NCBI GenBank assembly: GCA_020848475.1
Contig: JADKZZ010000052.1
Location: forward strand, 1-53,599
Length of the DNA stretch: 53,599 nt
DNA from: Chitinophagales bacterium
Lineage (GTDB): Bacteria > Bacteroidota > Bacteroidia > Chitinophagales > JADIYW01
Direction of reading: 5' to 3'
Part shown: piece by piece, positions 30,173 to 39,899 of the stretch
Layout of the letters: every line of letters begins with the position of its first letter
Numbering within the stretch: position 1 is the stretch's first letter
Translations under genes and position numbers: made by a program
Notes under the pieces: generated by a model
Seen by the model: the letters and a program-made list of their open reading frames with translations, nothing else
Told to the model about the DNA's origin: nothing
Database searches by the model: none

Positions 30173-31168
30173 CTAAGACACCATCAGGTTACAACCACGA
30201 ATATCGCTGTTGTCAATTCTGCCTAACACTTCAAAATAGCCATTGTCTTTAATGTTTACAATATCTTGTGTAGCAATAAAAGCACATGAATAAAGATTAG
30301 CCAAATCAATAACATTTAAAGCACCACGGCCTTTGTTACGGTTTACCTGCATTGGATTGTAGATGTCGCGTTTCAAAACGCGCATCCAATTTGGTGTTTG
30401 GAAAATACTATTTCCAAACGAATATGCTTGTGAAAGCAGTTCCGTCATGCCATATTCTGAATGTATAGTAGGCACTTGAAATGCCGCTTGTAACTGCTGA
30501 TGCACTTCCTCGCGCGTCATTTCTTTGCGCCTGCCTTTCATGCCGCCAGTTTCCATGATGCTAATATTGGATAAATCCATAGGAAATTGCTCGGCAAAAT
30601 CAAGTAAAGCAAAAGTTACGCCAATGAGTAATATTTTCTTATAACTATTACTGCTTAATTGAGTAAGTTTTGCCGCTAATTCATCGAGATTATTCAGATA
30701 AAATCCAGCATCTTTATTTTTTGATTTTTGTATTAATGCATTCACCATATATACAAGCGATGAAGTATCGCGCTCAAGGTATGATGGCAGTAATGCTAAT
30801 ATAATCCAATCTTCAATGTTGCCATAATATTGCTGAAATCCTTTTTCAAAGCTTTGCTCATACAACCTCAAATCTGCAACATAATGTTTGCTATTCAGCA
30901 TGCCTGTAGTTCCACTACTTTCAAACAATTTTTGCGAAGTTGCGTTATTTATCAATATAGTATGTGATTTAAAAAAATCGATTGGCAGAAATGGAATTTT
31001 TTCTATCGAATCAATAGCGTTGATATCTGTTTTCAAGTAATCAACAAATTGCTTGTACACTAAATTATGCGTATATTGGAAATGAAATATTTCAAGTGCA
31101 ACTTTTTCAAAGTTTAAATCATCAACAGTAAAGATTTTTTCTTGTAATTTTGCAATCGTAGGAAACAC
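30173..31168 (-). CDS. LuxE/PaaK-like acyl-adenylate-forming enzyme (acyl-protein synthetase family)
   Basis: FESSGTTG (AMP-binding P-loop-like), ETGGMKGRRKEMTREE and SEYGMTELLSQ. I chose the in-frame GTG at 31168 (331 aa). The track's start at 31237 would overlap the divergent gene by 51 nt. Confidence 0.65.
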   Translation of the reverse strand: MFPTIAKLQEKIFTVDDLNFEKVALEIFHFQYTHNLVYKQFVDYLKTDINAIDSIEKIPFLPIDFFKSHTILINNATSQKLFESSGTTGMLNSKHYVADLRLYEQSFEKGFQQYYGNIEDWIILALLPSYLERDTSSLVYMVNALIQKSKNKDAGFYLNNLDELAAKLTQLSSNSYKKILLIGVTFALLDFAEQFPMDLSNISIMETGGMKGRRKEMTREEVHQQLQAAFQVPTIHSEYGMTELLSQAYSFGNSIFQTPNWMRVLKRDIYNPMQVNRNKGRGALNVIDLANLYSCAFIATQDIVNIKDNGYFEVLGRIDNSDIRGCNLMVS

Positions 31169-31186
31169 AGTACAAAGGTAAACAAA

Positions 31187-31678
31187 ATGAACATTAAACA
31201 CGCGCTGATAATTATTATTACACTGATAGGTTTGCAAGCTTGTTATAAAACACCAAGCTACCCAATTGAACCAACTGTGCGTTTTTCTGCATTTGAAAAG
31301 CCAAATGAAATATATACTTTAGATGCTGGTGAAGGTGGCAATCTCATTGTCGAATTTACAGATGGCGATGGCGATTTAGGAAAGTTAAATAATCAAGATT
31401 CTTCTTCATTTGTTGTATATCGCAATTTACGAGATACTTCATTTTTTCATGATAATATGTATGTCATTCCTGTTATTCCAAAGAAAGGAACAACGAATGC
31501 TATAAGTGGCAAAATTGAAATAAAACTAAATGATGCTTTGTTCAATTCTTATCTTTCTTATTTTGTCATGAAAGGCATTTCTATAGATACATTTACCTAC
31601 AAATTATATATTACTGATAGGGCAGGACACAGGAGCAATGAAATTGTTACGCCGCCAATCATTGTCAAAATTCCTTAA
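31187..31678 (+). CDS. small lipoprotein, unknown function
   Basis: Lipobox LIGLQAC, 163 aa, beta-rich. Confidence 0.6.
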   Translation: MNIKHALIIIITLIGLQACYKTPSYPIEPTVRFSAFEKPNEIYTLDAGEGGNLIVEFTDGDGDLGKLNNQDSSSFVVYRNLRDTSFFHDNMYVIPVIPKKGTTNAISGKIEIKLNDALFNSYLSYFVMKGISIDTFTYKLYITDRAGHRSNEIVTPPIIVKIP

Positions 31679-31787
31679 TGTATTGATTGTCAATATATGA
31701 ACCTTAATCATAAACTTCCCTTAATGCTTAATTAATGTCTTAACTGAGACTGTTGCATAGTATTTGCTCTATTTTTGTTTTCCCAAA

Positions 31788-33071
31788 ATGAAACCCATTA
31801 CAGATGTCATAGTAATAGGAGCAGGCTTTAGTGGCTTGTCAGCAGCATACTACCTTCAACAAAAAGGTTTATCAGTGCGTGTGCTGGAAGTTTCATCGCA
31901 AGTTGGTGGTAGGGCTCGCTCCGACATTATGCACGGCTATACATTGGATAGAGGCTTACATTTTTATCATAATTCTACGACAGAATTAAGCAAAATTATT
32001 CAATTAGATAAGCTACAATTAAAAAATATCTATCCTGGCTATTTGTTGTGCTACGAAGGCATGTTCCACTTGTTTACAAATCCATTGTATCAAACTTTAG
32101 ATACACTTTCTACAGCAATGGCAAAAAATGCCACTTTTACGGATAAAATTAGATTGTTTGGTTTATATGCTAAACTTAAAACATCTACTTATAATAAATT
32201 GGTGAAAGAAGCGGAATCTTCAACATACGAATATTTGTCAAAAAATGGATTTAGCAAAAAATTAATCGATTCATTTTTCAGACCTATGCTAGCCGCCAAT
32301 ATTTTTGATTACAATTTACAAGCGTCTTCAAGGTTTTCTAAATTGTATTTGAAATCATTGTTTCAAGATCATATTGCTTTACCTAAAAATGGTATTGGTT
32401 CAATTGCAAAAGCCATTGCAGACAAATTACACGATGGTACAATAAGTTATAAAACGAAAGTAAAACGCGTAAGCGATAATAGTTTGGAATTGATAAATGG
32501 TGAAATTTTAGAAGCAAAGAAAATTATTATTGCCACAAATGCTATCGACGCCAATCAGCTTTTAGGAAAAAGAGAATTGCCTGCTGAATGTTCGCACGTA
32601 TCGACACTTTATTTTTCTACTGAACATGCGCCAATAAGTAAGCCTGTTGTTATTTTAAATGGTAATAATGGTACTACTTTAGTAAATCATGTTTTTGTTC
32701 CAACATTATTGCATAGCAATTATGCACCAGAAGGCAAACATTTAGTAGCTGTCAATGTAGTTAAAGATCACGATTTAGATGATGAAGAATTAGTAGCAAA
32801 ATGCCTGACAGAATTATCTGAATGGTTTGGTCTAAAAGTAATGGATTGGCAATACTTAAAAACATATCATATAAAATATGCGATGCCATTCAAACCGATT
32901 TTAGATGAAATAAAATTTGTGCAAGCAATTAGCGATAATGTCTATGCTTGTGGCGATTGTTTTTCTGTTGGAAGTATGGAATCAGCGTTGCGCTCTGGCA
33001 GAGAAACTGCCAATGTTATAGCACAAGAAATCAGCCTCAGTAAGTCACTGTATGACGATGCAATAGCATAG
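31788..33071 (+). CDS. FAD-dependent oxidoreductase (amine oxidase / desaturase-like)
   Basis: Dinucleotide-binding VIVIGAGFSGLSAAYYLQQKGLSVRVLE..GGR and C-terminal FAD motif YACGD. ATG at 31788. Confidence 0.75.
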   Translation: MKPITDVIVIGAGFSGLSAAYYLQQKGLSVRVLEVSSQVGGRARSDIMHGYTLDRGLHFYHNSTTELSKIIQLDKLQLKNIYPGYLLCYEGMFHLFTNPLYQTLDTLSTAMAKNATFTDKIRLFGLYAKLKTSTYNKLVKEAESSTYEYLSKNGFSKKLIDSFFRPMLAANIFDYNLQASSRFSKLYLKSLFQDHIALPKNGIGSIAKAIADKLHDGTISYKTKVKRVSDNSLELINGEILEAKKIIIATNAIDANQLLGKRELPAECSHVSTLYFSTEHAPISKPVVILNGNNGTTLVNHVFVPTLLHSNYAPEGKHLVAVNVVKDHDLDDEELVAKCLTELSEWFGLKVMDWQYLKTYHIKYAMPFKPILDEIKFVQAISDNVYACGDCFSVGSMESALRSGRETANVIAQEISLSKSLYDDAIA

Positions 33072-33092
33072 TAATAATACTGATTTTTGCGT

Positions 33093-33341
33093 TTACAGTA
33101 TATTTCTTTGATACATTTCTCCTCGACTTTTGTTCATTTCTGCAAAGCGCTTGATGCATTCATTGATAAATGTTTCATCAACTAATTTTTCCATATCAGC
33201 CATAGTGCGTAGCTTGTCGTCTTCATGAAATTTGTATGTTTGCTCCATCATGTTAGCTTCTACTTTTATAACGTATCTGTTATTCATGTGTAACACTGTA
33301 ATTTTTACAATAGGATGTTCTATATAACCAGCAATTCTCAT
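33093..33341 (-). CDS. hypothetical small protein
   Basis: 82-aa ORF from the ATG at 33341. The track's longer version abuts the upstream terminator. No recognised motif. Confidence 0.4.
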   Translation of the reverse strand: MRIAGYIEHPIVKITVLHMNNRYVIKVEANMMEQTYKFHEDDKLRTMADMEKLVDETFINECIKRFAEMNKSRGEMYQRNIL

Positions 33342-33392
33342 TTTTTTATTTTGTACAAAGGTATTTAATTTAAATAATATCAATTCAAGCAT

Positions 33393-33426
33393 AAAAAAAG
33401 AGCCGCTCTAATTGGCGGCTCTTTTT
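33393..33426 (-). terminator. intrinsic terminator of the 33451-33846 gene
   Basis: GAGCCGC/GCGGCTC stem flanked by A7 (5') and T5 (3') on the plus strand. Read on the minus strand, a U-tract follows the hairpin. Confidence 0.75.
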
Positions 33427-33450
33427 AAAAATGTAATCTATAAAACAGGA

Positions 33451-33846
33451 TTACGCTGTTGCTTTAGTTTTTTTAGAAGTAGCTTTTTTAACTTCTTCTT
33501 TCACTTCTTCTACTTGTTTTTCAACTTTTGCAGATGCTTCGTTGAACAAACCTTTTACTCTGTCAGCATTTCTGTTGAAAGTAGTTTTTAAGTCAGCCAC
33601 TAAAATGTTAGCTTCTTCTTTAACATCAGCTTGAACTTTGTCTAAAGTGAAAGGTCCTTTCAATTTAGCTTGGATTCTTTCAGCTGTAGATTTGAAGTGA
33701 TTACGTTGTAACTCTACTTCGTCTTTAGCTTCGCTTACTGCATTTTTTACAGTGTTTTCTACATTGTAACGTAATTCTGTTACATTTGCTTTTGTTTCTG
33801 CTGTTAAGCTGTCAACAGCTTCTTTGAATTTTTGTGTGAATTCCAT
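33451..33846 (-). CDS. amphipathic-helix (phasin/apolipoprotein/LEA-like) protein
   Basis: 131 aa, Lys/Glu/Ala-rich with heptad/11-mer periodicity, a basic tail, and no signal peptide. Confidence 0.6.
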   Translation of the reverse strand: MEFTQKFKEAVDSLTAETKANVTELRYNVENTVKNAVSEAKDEVELQRNHFKSTAERIQAKLKGPFTLDKVQADVKEEANILVADLKTTFNRNADRVKGLFNEASAKVEKQVEEVKEEVKKATSKKTKATA

Positions 33847-33901
33847 TTTTAAAAAGATTTATTTTTTTATCAAAATTGATACTGCAAATTTAGGTCAGTT
33901 G

Positions 33902-33917
33902 TTTGACATTTGTCAAA
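33902..33917. promoter_or_regulatory. palindromic operator candidate TTTGACA-TT-TGTCAAA
   Basis: Perfect 7+7 inverted repeat centred 21 nt upstream (minus-strand sense) of the -7 box TAAATTTG (plus coordinates 33885-33892). Confidence 0.45.
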
Positions 33918-34120
33918 TAAATCCAATTACTAAAGTTTGATATAAAAATGTATTTCGTGTAAATGAGCAGTTAATGGAATGTGAAATTTAAACTTAAATA
34001 CATATACATACAGGTATTGTAAATTAATCGTAAAACTATGGTTCATTACGTGTAATACATGTTAAGTTTAGAGTTTTGTTGTTTTTAAACTTTCAAGAAA
34101 TATTGAAAATAAAAGTATTG

Positions 34121-34155
34121 CAAATCAAAACGGATGCTGTATTCCAAGCATCCGT
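34121..34155 (-). terminator. intrinsic terminator of the 34259-34681 gene
   Basis: 9-bp stem ACGGATGCT/AGCATCCGT. On the minus strand it is followed by TTTGATTTG. Confidence 0.6.
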
Positions 34156-34258
34156 CACGGCATTTTTTTTCATTTTTTTAGTGAACAGAATAGAAACAAT
34201 TATAGTATATCCTAAGCACATTGCATACACGATGCAATTGAATATTCAACTAGTATTC

Positions 34259-34681
34259 TTATTTCATAGCGATATTTTTATCAAACATATCTTGTTTTGA
34301 AAAAATAACGTGACTAAAGTTTTGTCCAAGCACTAAGTCTTTGTCTATGAAAAAATAAGCAGTGTTCAATTCAAACTCAATATCTTTATAATAGATAGTG
34401 ATGCTTGAATTACTTCCTTTTTTCCATTTTCCTGTCAATACTTTTACGATATGTTCATCAGCATCTAAAAATTCATGTTTGAATGTTTGGTTTGCATTGA
34501 ACGTAAAGTACTCAATCGGAAAATCGTTCTTATTTTGAAATACTTTTTGGAATTCGTTCACCTTAGTCTGGTTGGTGAATTTCCAAGTGCCAATAAGGGG
34601 GTTTTTTGTTTCACTTTTTCGTTGTGCTAATGCTGTAACGCTTATCGCTACTAAACACATTAGAAAAAATGCCTTTTTCAT
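34259..34681 (-). CDS. lipocalin-like small secreted protein, paralog A
   Basis: Signal peptide. GTWKF... and the C-terminal DLVLGQNFSHVIF are shared with the neighbouring gene. Confidence 0.7.
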   Translation of the reverse strand: MKKAFFLMCLVAISVTALAQRKSETKNPLIGTWKFTNQTKVNEFQKVFQNKNDFPIEYFTFNANQTFKHEFLDADEHIVKVLTGKWKKGSNSSITIYYKDIEFELNTAYFFIDKDLVLGQNFSHVIFSKQDMFDKNIAMK

Positions 34682-34727
34682 ATGCTTTATTTTAATGTTT
34701 TATGGTACATCAAAATTGCTCATTTTC

Positions 34728-34741
34728 TTGACATATGTCAA
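34728..34741. promoter_or_regulatory. palindromic operator candidate TTGACA-TA-TGTCAA
   Basis: Perfect 6+6 inverted repeat centred 20 nt upstream (minus sense) of CAATTTTG (plus coordinates 34711-34718). It has the same core as the 33902-33917 site. Confidence 0.45.
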
Positions 34742-34841
34742 TATATAGTTAGTAAACGGTAGGTTTGAATGAGTAAATGGATATTTTTTAACATTTTTTT
34801 GAGTAGAAATTCATTTATTATGATGAAATATTGCTTATATT

Positions 34842-35258
34842 TTATTTCATCGTCAAATTTCTTTCTTCATTATCCAGCTTTTTGAAAATTACATGGCTGA
34901 AATTTTGTCCTAATACTAGATCACTTTCTAAGAAAAAATAATCGATATATACTTCATAATCGACATCAGCATATTTAATTTGGATTTTATCGTTTGCAAT
35001 TTTCCATTTGCCTTTCAATACTTTAATGACCTGCTCACTTGCATCTACAAATTCATGTTTAAAGGTTTGATTGCCAGAAAATGTAAATAACTCAGCTTGG
35101 TAACTTTTTTCTTTAAATACTTTTTGAAAATCATTGAGTGTTGATTGTCGCGTAAATTTCCAACTTCCTATGATTGGGCTTTTACTTTCATTTCTTTTTT
35201 GAGCAAATGTATTTATCACGATTATGGATAAAAACATTAAGAGGATTACTTTTTTCAT
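34842..35258 (-). CDS. lipocalin-like small secreted protein, paralog B
   Basis: Roughly half of the residues are identical to paralog A by eye (IIGSWKFT...NQTFKHEF.DA.E..IKVL.GKWK...DLVLGQNFSHVIF). ATG at 35258. Confidence 0.7.
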   Translation of the reverse strand: MKKVILLMFLSIIVINTFAQKRNESKSPIIGSWKFTRQSTLNDFQKVFKEKSYQAELFTFSGNQTFKHEFVDASEQVIKVLKGKWKIANDKIQIKYADVDYEVYIDYFFLESDLVLGQNFSHVIFKKLDNEERNLTMK

Positions 35259-35360
35259 GTTATGGTGTTTGTTGCTGTAAATTTGAGCAAAACACACACA
35301 ACTATGATATTTGTTGTTTGAAAGGTAATTATACTTAGTAAACGGATAAAAACAATTATT

Positions 35361-36446
35361 TTAAACGACTCGGACGCGCTGTAATTGTTTCTCGCGTGTA
35401 GCGCGTTCAATCGACAATTCTATGAGTTTCTCAATCAAATCTGCATATTTCAAACCTGAGCTTTCCCAAAGCTTTGGATACATAGATATAGACGTAAACC
35501 CAGGCAAGGTATTCGGTTCGTTGATGATAACTTCATCATCTTCTGTTAAAAAAACATCGACTCTCGAGAGTCCTTCTAATCCTAATGCTTGATAGGCATC
35601 TCTGGCAGTAGATTGTATTTTTTCTAATTGCACAGCAGAAATATTGGGCGCTGGTATATAGATTTTTGCATTGTCGTTTTTATATTTATTTTCAAAATCA
35701 TAAAAACCTTTTTCTATCACAATTTCTCCAACTGTGCTTGTTTCTATAATTTCATTTCCTAAAACAGCACACTCTAATTCACGACCGATAATTGCTTTTT
35801 CAACCAATACTTTATAGTCGAATTTAAACGCTTCGGCAATTGATTTCTTAAAGTCAGCTTCATTTGTAGCCTTTGAAACACCAACGCTCGAGCCCATGTT
35901 ACAGGGTTTGATATACAGCGTATTGCCTAGCTCAGCCACAATAGCATCATAAGAAATATTGTCTATTTGATGTTTATAAATTGTAATACCTTTTGCATGG
36001 CCAATGCCAGCATCTCGCAAGATACGTTTTGTAAAATCTTTATCCATGGCTACTGCCGAGCCTAAAACACTTGGGCCAACAAATGGAATATCTAATTGTA
36101 AAAATATACCTTGCAGTGTGCCATCTTCGCCATTTGGGCCATGCGTTATCGGAAATACCGCTTCAACATCTGATATATATTGTTGATTGTCTAATCGTAT
36201 TAATTTATGCTGCTCATTACCAAAAACGACAGCCAACTGCATGCCTGATTTTCCAATGACACATTTTTCATCTTGCAAGTTCAAAGCCTCTTCTAAATAC
36301 CATTTTCCATCTTGGGCAATGCCAATTAAAATAACTTCAAATTTTTCTTTGTTGATAGCATTATAAATATTTCGGGCAGAGATGATAGAGATTTCGTGTT
36401 CTGGTGATTTTCCTCCAAATACTAATCCAATTTTTCGTTTTTGCAT
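35361..36446 (-). CDS. ddl: D-alanine--D-alanine ligase
   Basis: IGLVFGGKSPEHEISIISA, HGPNGEDGTLQG and NEPNTLPGFT motifs. ATG at 36446. Confidence 0.92.
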   Translation of the reverse strand: MQKRKIGLVFGGKSPEHEISIISARNIYNAINKEKFEVILIGIAQDGKWYLEEALNLQDEKCVIGKSGMQLAVVFGNEQHKLIRLDNQQYISDVEAVFPITHGPNGEDGTLQGIFLQLDIPFVGPSVLGSAVAMDKDFTKRILRDAGIGHAKGITIYKHQIDNISYDAIVAELGNTLYIKPCNMGSSVGVSKATNEADFKKSIAEAFKFDYKVLVEKAIIGRELECAVLGNEIIETSTVGEIVIEKGFYDFENKYKNDNAKIYIPAPNISAVQLEKIQSTARDAYQALGLEGLSRVDVFLTEDDEVIINEPNTLPGFTSISMYPKLWESSGLKYADLIEKLIELSIERATREKQLQRVRVV

Positions 36447-36577
36447 GTAAGTGTAATTATGCTGTAAATATAGAGTTACTAACAATATCTGAACAATAAA
36501 TGTGCTTTTTTTATTTAAAAAAAATGTGGGTTACAACATAAATAGATATATTTGACGTTGAAAGTAAAGCTTATTTG

Positions 36578-37408
36578 ATGGGAAAAACCGGATTGACGAT
36601 ACTGTATATAATGGGTGCATCTGTTGCACTTTTATTGTTTGTATATTTTGGCTTAAATTGGTACACAGATCATGGTGATTTTGTAGTCGTGCCCAATGTG
36701 AAAGGCAAATCTTTATATGATGCTAAAAATGAGCTGAAAAATTATGATTTAGATTTTATCATTGCGGATTCTACATTTGATGAGAGCAAACCACCTTTGT
36801 CGGTTCTGGAGCAACAGCCTTTAAATGGAGCAAAAGTAAAAGAAAATAGAAGAATTTATTTGACACTAAATGCATCAGCACCACCAAGTGTCAAAATACC
36901 TTCGATTATTGACAACTCACGACGTCAGGCAGAATTAATATTAAATAGTTGGGGCCTAAAGTTGGGTCAATTGATTTATATACCTGATATGGCAAAAGAT
37001 GCTGTTTTGAATATTCAGGTAAATGGCAAAATTGTAAAGCCTGGAACGGTAGTGCCTAAAGGCACTATGGTAGATTTGGTTTTAGGCGATGGCTTTGGTA
37101 ATCAAGTAACAGAAGTGCCACCAATTACAGACATGACGGTATTGGAAGCACGTGCTGTTTTAGAAGCAGTACATTTAAATGTTGGCGAAATTATTGCAGC
37201 TGGCCCAATAGAAGACACGCTTTCGGCTTATGTGTACGACCAAAATCCAAAGTTCGGACAACCAGGACAATTAGGTGCAAATAATTCTGTTCAATTATAT
37301 ATTCGCCAACAAAAAAGCGATATCGCAGAGCCTGAAGTTCAAGCAGCAGAAAGCAATGGCATGAATAAACTTGTGCCAAAGAAAAATAGCAACACCACCA
37401 ATCCATAA
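36578..37408 (+). CDS. PASTA-domain membrane protein
   Basis: N-terminal TM helix followed by three ~65-aa PASTA-like repeats (VPNVKGKSLYDAKNEL.., IPSIIDNSRRQAELIL.., VPPITDMTVLEARAVL..). Confidence 0.75.
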   Translation: MGKTGLTILYIMGASVALLLFVYFGLNWYTDHGDFVVVPNVKGKSLYDAKNELKNYDLDFIIADSTFDESKPPLSVLEQQPLNGAKVKENRRIYLTLNASAPPSVKIPSIIDNSRRQAELILNSWGLKLGQLIYIPDMAKDAVLNIQVNGKIVKPGTVVPKGTMVDLVLGDGFGNQVTEVPPITDMTVLEARAVLEAVHLNVGEIIAAGPIEDTLSAYVYDQNPKFGQPGQLGANNSVQLYIRQQKSDIAEPEVQAAESNGMNKLVPKKNSNTTNP

Positions 37409-37418
37409 TTTGATTGAT

Positions 37419-39335
37419 ATGCGTATAATTACTACCTATTTATTTTTATTGATTACAATACAGTTGATGGCACAAAAAGAATCTCTGACGCCACTAACTT
37501 ATCATACGAAAATGAATAAATCGACGAATCAATCATTTTTACAACAAAAAGCAGCACATAGAATTTCAGCAATTTCATTACCATTTTTTGAAGATTTTTA
37601 CCAGCACGATATATATCCAAATCCTGCACTTTGGCAAGATAATTTGGTGTTTATTAATACAACATTTCCCAAAGAAACAGTGTCCGTAGGCGTAGCAACT
37701 TTCGATGGCACAAATGCCAGTGGTGTGCCTTACAATACATCAGGTAATACCACGCATGGACCAGCAGATATGTTGACCTCAAATCCTATTGATTTATCTG
37801 GTTTATCAGGTGCTGACAATGTTTTTCTGAGTTTCTATTTTATTCAAGGAGATTTTGGCGAATCACCTGCTGCACCTAATGATTTATTGACGGTTCAATA
37901 TAAAGACACATCAGGAAATTGGAATATCATTTGGCAAGTGACCGCTTTAGACAGTGCAAGTTTACAGCAAGTTTTTTTAAAAGTGGATTCCATTTATTTG
38001 AATGCTAATTTTCAATTTAGATTCCAGTCTTTTGGCAACTTAAATGGTGCAAATGATACGTGGCATATCGATTATGTAAAACTCGATAAAAATAGAGATA
38101 CCGCATCGGAAAAAAATATCAAAGAAATGGCGTATGCTTTTTTGCCACCAAGTTTATTGAAGCAGTATTATGTGATGCCGTACAATCAATTTGATACGAC
38201 TGATTTAGCAGATACAGTGAGTTTATTTGTTAAAAATAATTTCATTAATACAACGACAGATATTGTTGATTTTTATGAAGCAACAGATGTGTCTTCTTCA
38301 AGTACAATTGCAACATTTAGTGGCCCTTCACGCGATTTTGGTCCAATTACTTTAAATAAAATTGATTATCCTAAATTCAATATTCCAACAAATTTAGTAG
38401 GAGACACGGTAATTATAAATGTTGATTATCATTTTAATGTCTCTGCTGAAGCTGGCGAACCCGCAAAAGTATTGGCGAATAATGCGGTTTCGCATCAACA
38501 AGTGTTTAGCAACTATTTTGCCTATGATGATGGCTCTGCTGAGCGTGGTTATCTTGTTGGTGATTTAAAAACAAATACAGGCATGGATTTTTATAAAATG
38601 GCGGTTAAATATGGTTTAAGAAATCCAGATACATTACAAGCTATTAAGTTGCAATTTTTCCCTGTCAAACCGAATAATCACCTAGCTGTTTTCAGTGTGT
38701 GTGTATGGAAAAATTTCACAAGAAACACTGTATATAATGACAATGATTTAATTTATCAAGAAACGAATTTAAAAATAGAAGATTTGGTAAATGAGTATGG
38801 TGTAGATACAATAAATGGCTTTTATTATGCGCCTATTAAACCACAATTTGTAAAAAACGGAGCGAGTTATCCATTAATCATGAATGATACATTTGCCGTA
38901 GGTTTAATTGTCGATAATAAACTGAGTTTAGTTGTTGGTTTTGATAGAAATAATATTCGTTCTTCATATAATTATTATGTTGAAGGCAACACTAATAAAT
39001 GGCGCGAATCAGGCTTGCCAGGTACAATGATGATAAATCCAGTTATGGGAAAAGCATTGCCAGGATATTTGACACCAGTAAAACAAACACCTGCTAAAAA
39101 CTACACAGTAAAAGTGTATCCAAATCCTGCAAAAGATAAATTATTTATTGAAGGTGTAAATGACAATACACTGCTTGAAATATTTGATATAAAAGGAAGT
39201 TTGGTGATGCAAACTACATTGCACCAGTCAGGCTATGTTGATATACATGAACTTCCTTCCTCCGTTTATGTTATAAAGATTACGAACACACATACGAATC
39301 AAATAGGTACTTCAAAATTTATTAAGAATGAGTAA
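37419..39335 (+). CDS. T9SS-secreted protein of unknown function (type A C-terminal sorting domain)
   Basis: Signal peptide MRIITTYLFLLITIQLMAQ. The C-terminal VKVYPNPAKDKLFIEG....LEIFDIKGSLV.......LPSSVYVIKI is the Por/T9SS CTD. Confidence 0.8.
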   Translation: MRIITTYLFLLITIQLMAQKESLTPLTYHTKMNKSTNQSFLQQKAAHRISAISLPFFEDFYQHDIYPNPALWQDNLVFINTTFPKETVSVGVATFDGTNASGVPYNTSGNTTHGPADMLTSNPIDLSGLSGADNVFLSFYFIQGDFGESPAAPNDLLTVQYKDTSGNWNIIWQVTALDSASLQQVFLKVDSIYLNANFQFRFQSFGNLNGANDTWHIDYVKLDKNRDTASEKNIKEMAYAFLPPSLLKQYYVMPYNQFDTTDLADTVSLFVKNNFINTTTDIVDFYEATDVSSSSTIATFSGPSRDFGPITLNKIDYPKFNIPTNLVGDTVIINVDYHFNVSAEAGEPAKVLANNAVSHQQVFSNYFAYDDGSAERGYLVGDLKTNTGMDFYKMAVKYGLRNPDTLQAIKLQFFPVKPNNHLAVFSVCVWKNFTRNTVYNDNDLIYQETNLKIEDLVNEYGVDTINGFYYAPIKPQFVKNGASYPLIMNDTFAVGLIVDNKLSLVVGFDRNNIRSSYNYYVEGNTNKWRESGLPGTMMINPVMGKALPGYLTPVKQTPAKNYTVKVYPNPAKDKLFIEGVNDNTLLEIFDIKGSLVMQTTLHQSGYVDIHELPSSVYVIKITNTHTNQIGTSKFIKNE

Positions 39336-39741
39336 CATAAATCTACAACAATACGATAAATTAGTTTTATTTGATGGTGTTTGTAATTTCTGTGAAGCAA
39401 GTGTACAGTTTATTATCAAACATGATAAAACCAACTCATTAAAATTTACGAGCCTTCAATCAGAAATCGGACAGCAATTATTGATACATTATAAGCTGTC
39501 AACAGCAATTGAAGGCGTTGTTTTTATTGAAAATAATATAGCTTATTTTAAATCAAAAGCAGCATTTAAAATTGCGAGCTATTTTGGTGGTTTTTGGCGC
39601 GTTTTGCAACTGTTTAGCATTCTACCTACATCAGTAACAGATTTTGCCTACGATATTATTGCCAAGAATAGATATAAATGGTTTGGTAAGAAAGAATCAT
39701 GCATGCTGCCTAGTCCTGATGTGCGCAGTCGTTTCTTGTAA
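39328..39741 (+). CDS. thiol-disulfide oxidoreductase, DCC family (DUF393)
   Basis: VLFDGVCNFCEASVQFIIKHD motif. The start overlaps the upstream stop by 8 nt. Confidence 0.8.
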   Translation: MSNINLQQYDKLVLFDGVCNFCEASVQFIIKHDKTNSLKFTSLQSEIGQQLLIHYKLSTAIEGVVFIENNIAYFKSKAAFKIASYFGGFWRVLQLFSILPTSVTDFAYDIIAKNRYKWFGKKESCMLPSPDVRSRFL

Positions 39742-39899
39742 CAATTAAACAATTGAATAATACACCTGTTTTTGCCTAATATTTCTATATACATTTGTTA
39801 TTAAAACGACTTATAGAATAGCTTTATTTAATAAATTATCCATAGTAAAGTGCATTTTATAAATAGTCATTCTATCTTGAATTATCAAATTATTTAGAT

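Noticed and set aside
34076-34300. 74-aa plus-strand ORF in the long intergenic region
   Set aside because: It spans a minus-strand terminator hairpin and overlaps the 3' end of the lipocalin-like gene. Its sequence is Phe/Ile/Leu-rich AT-bias noise.
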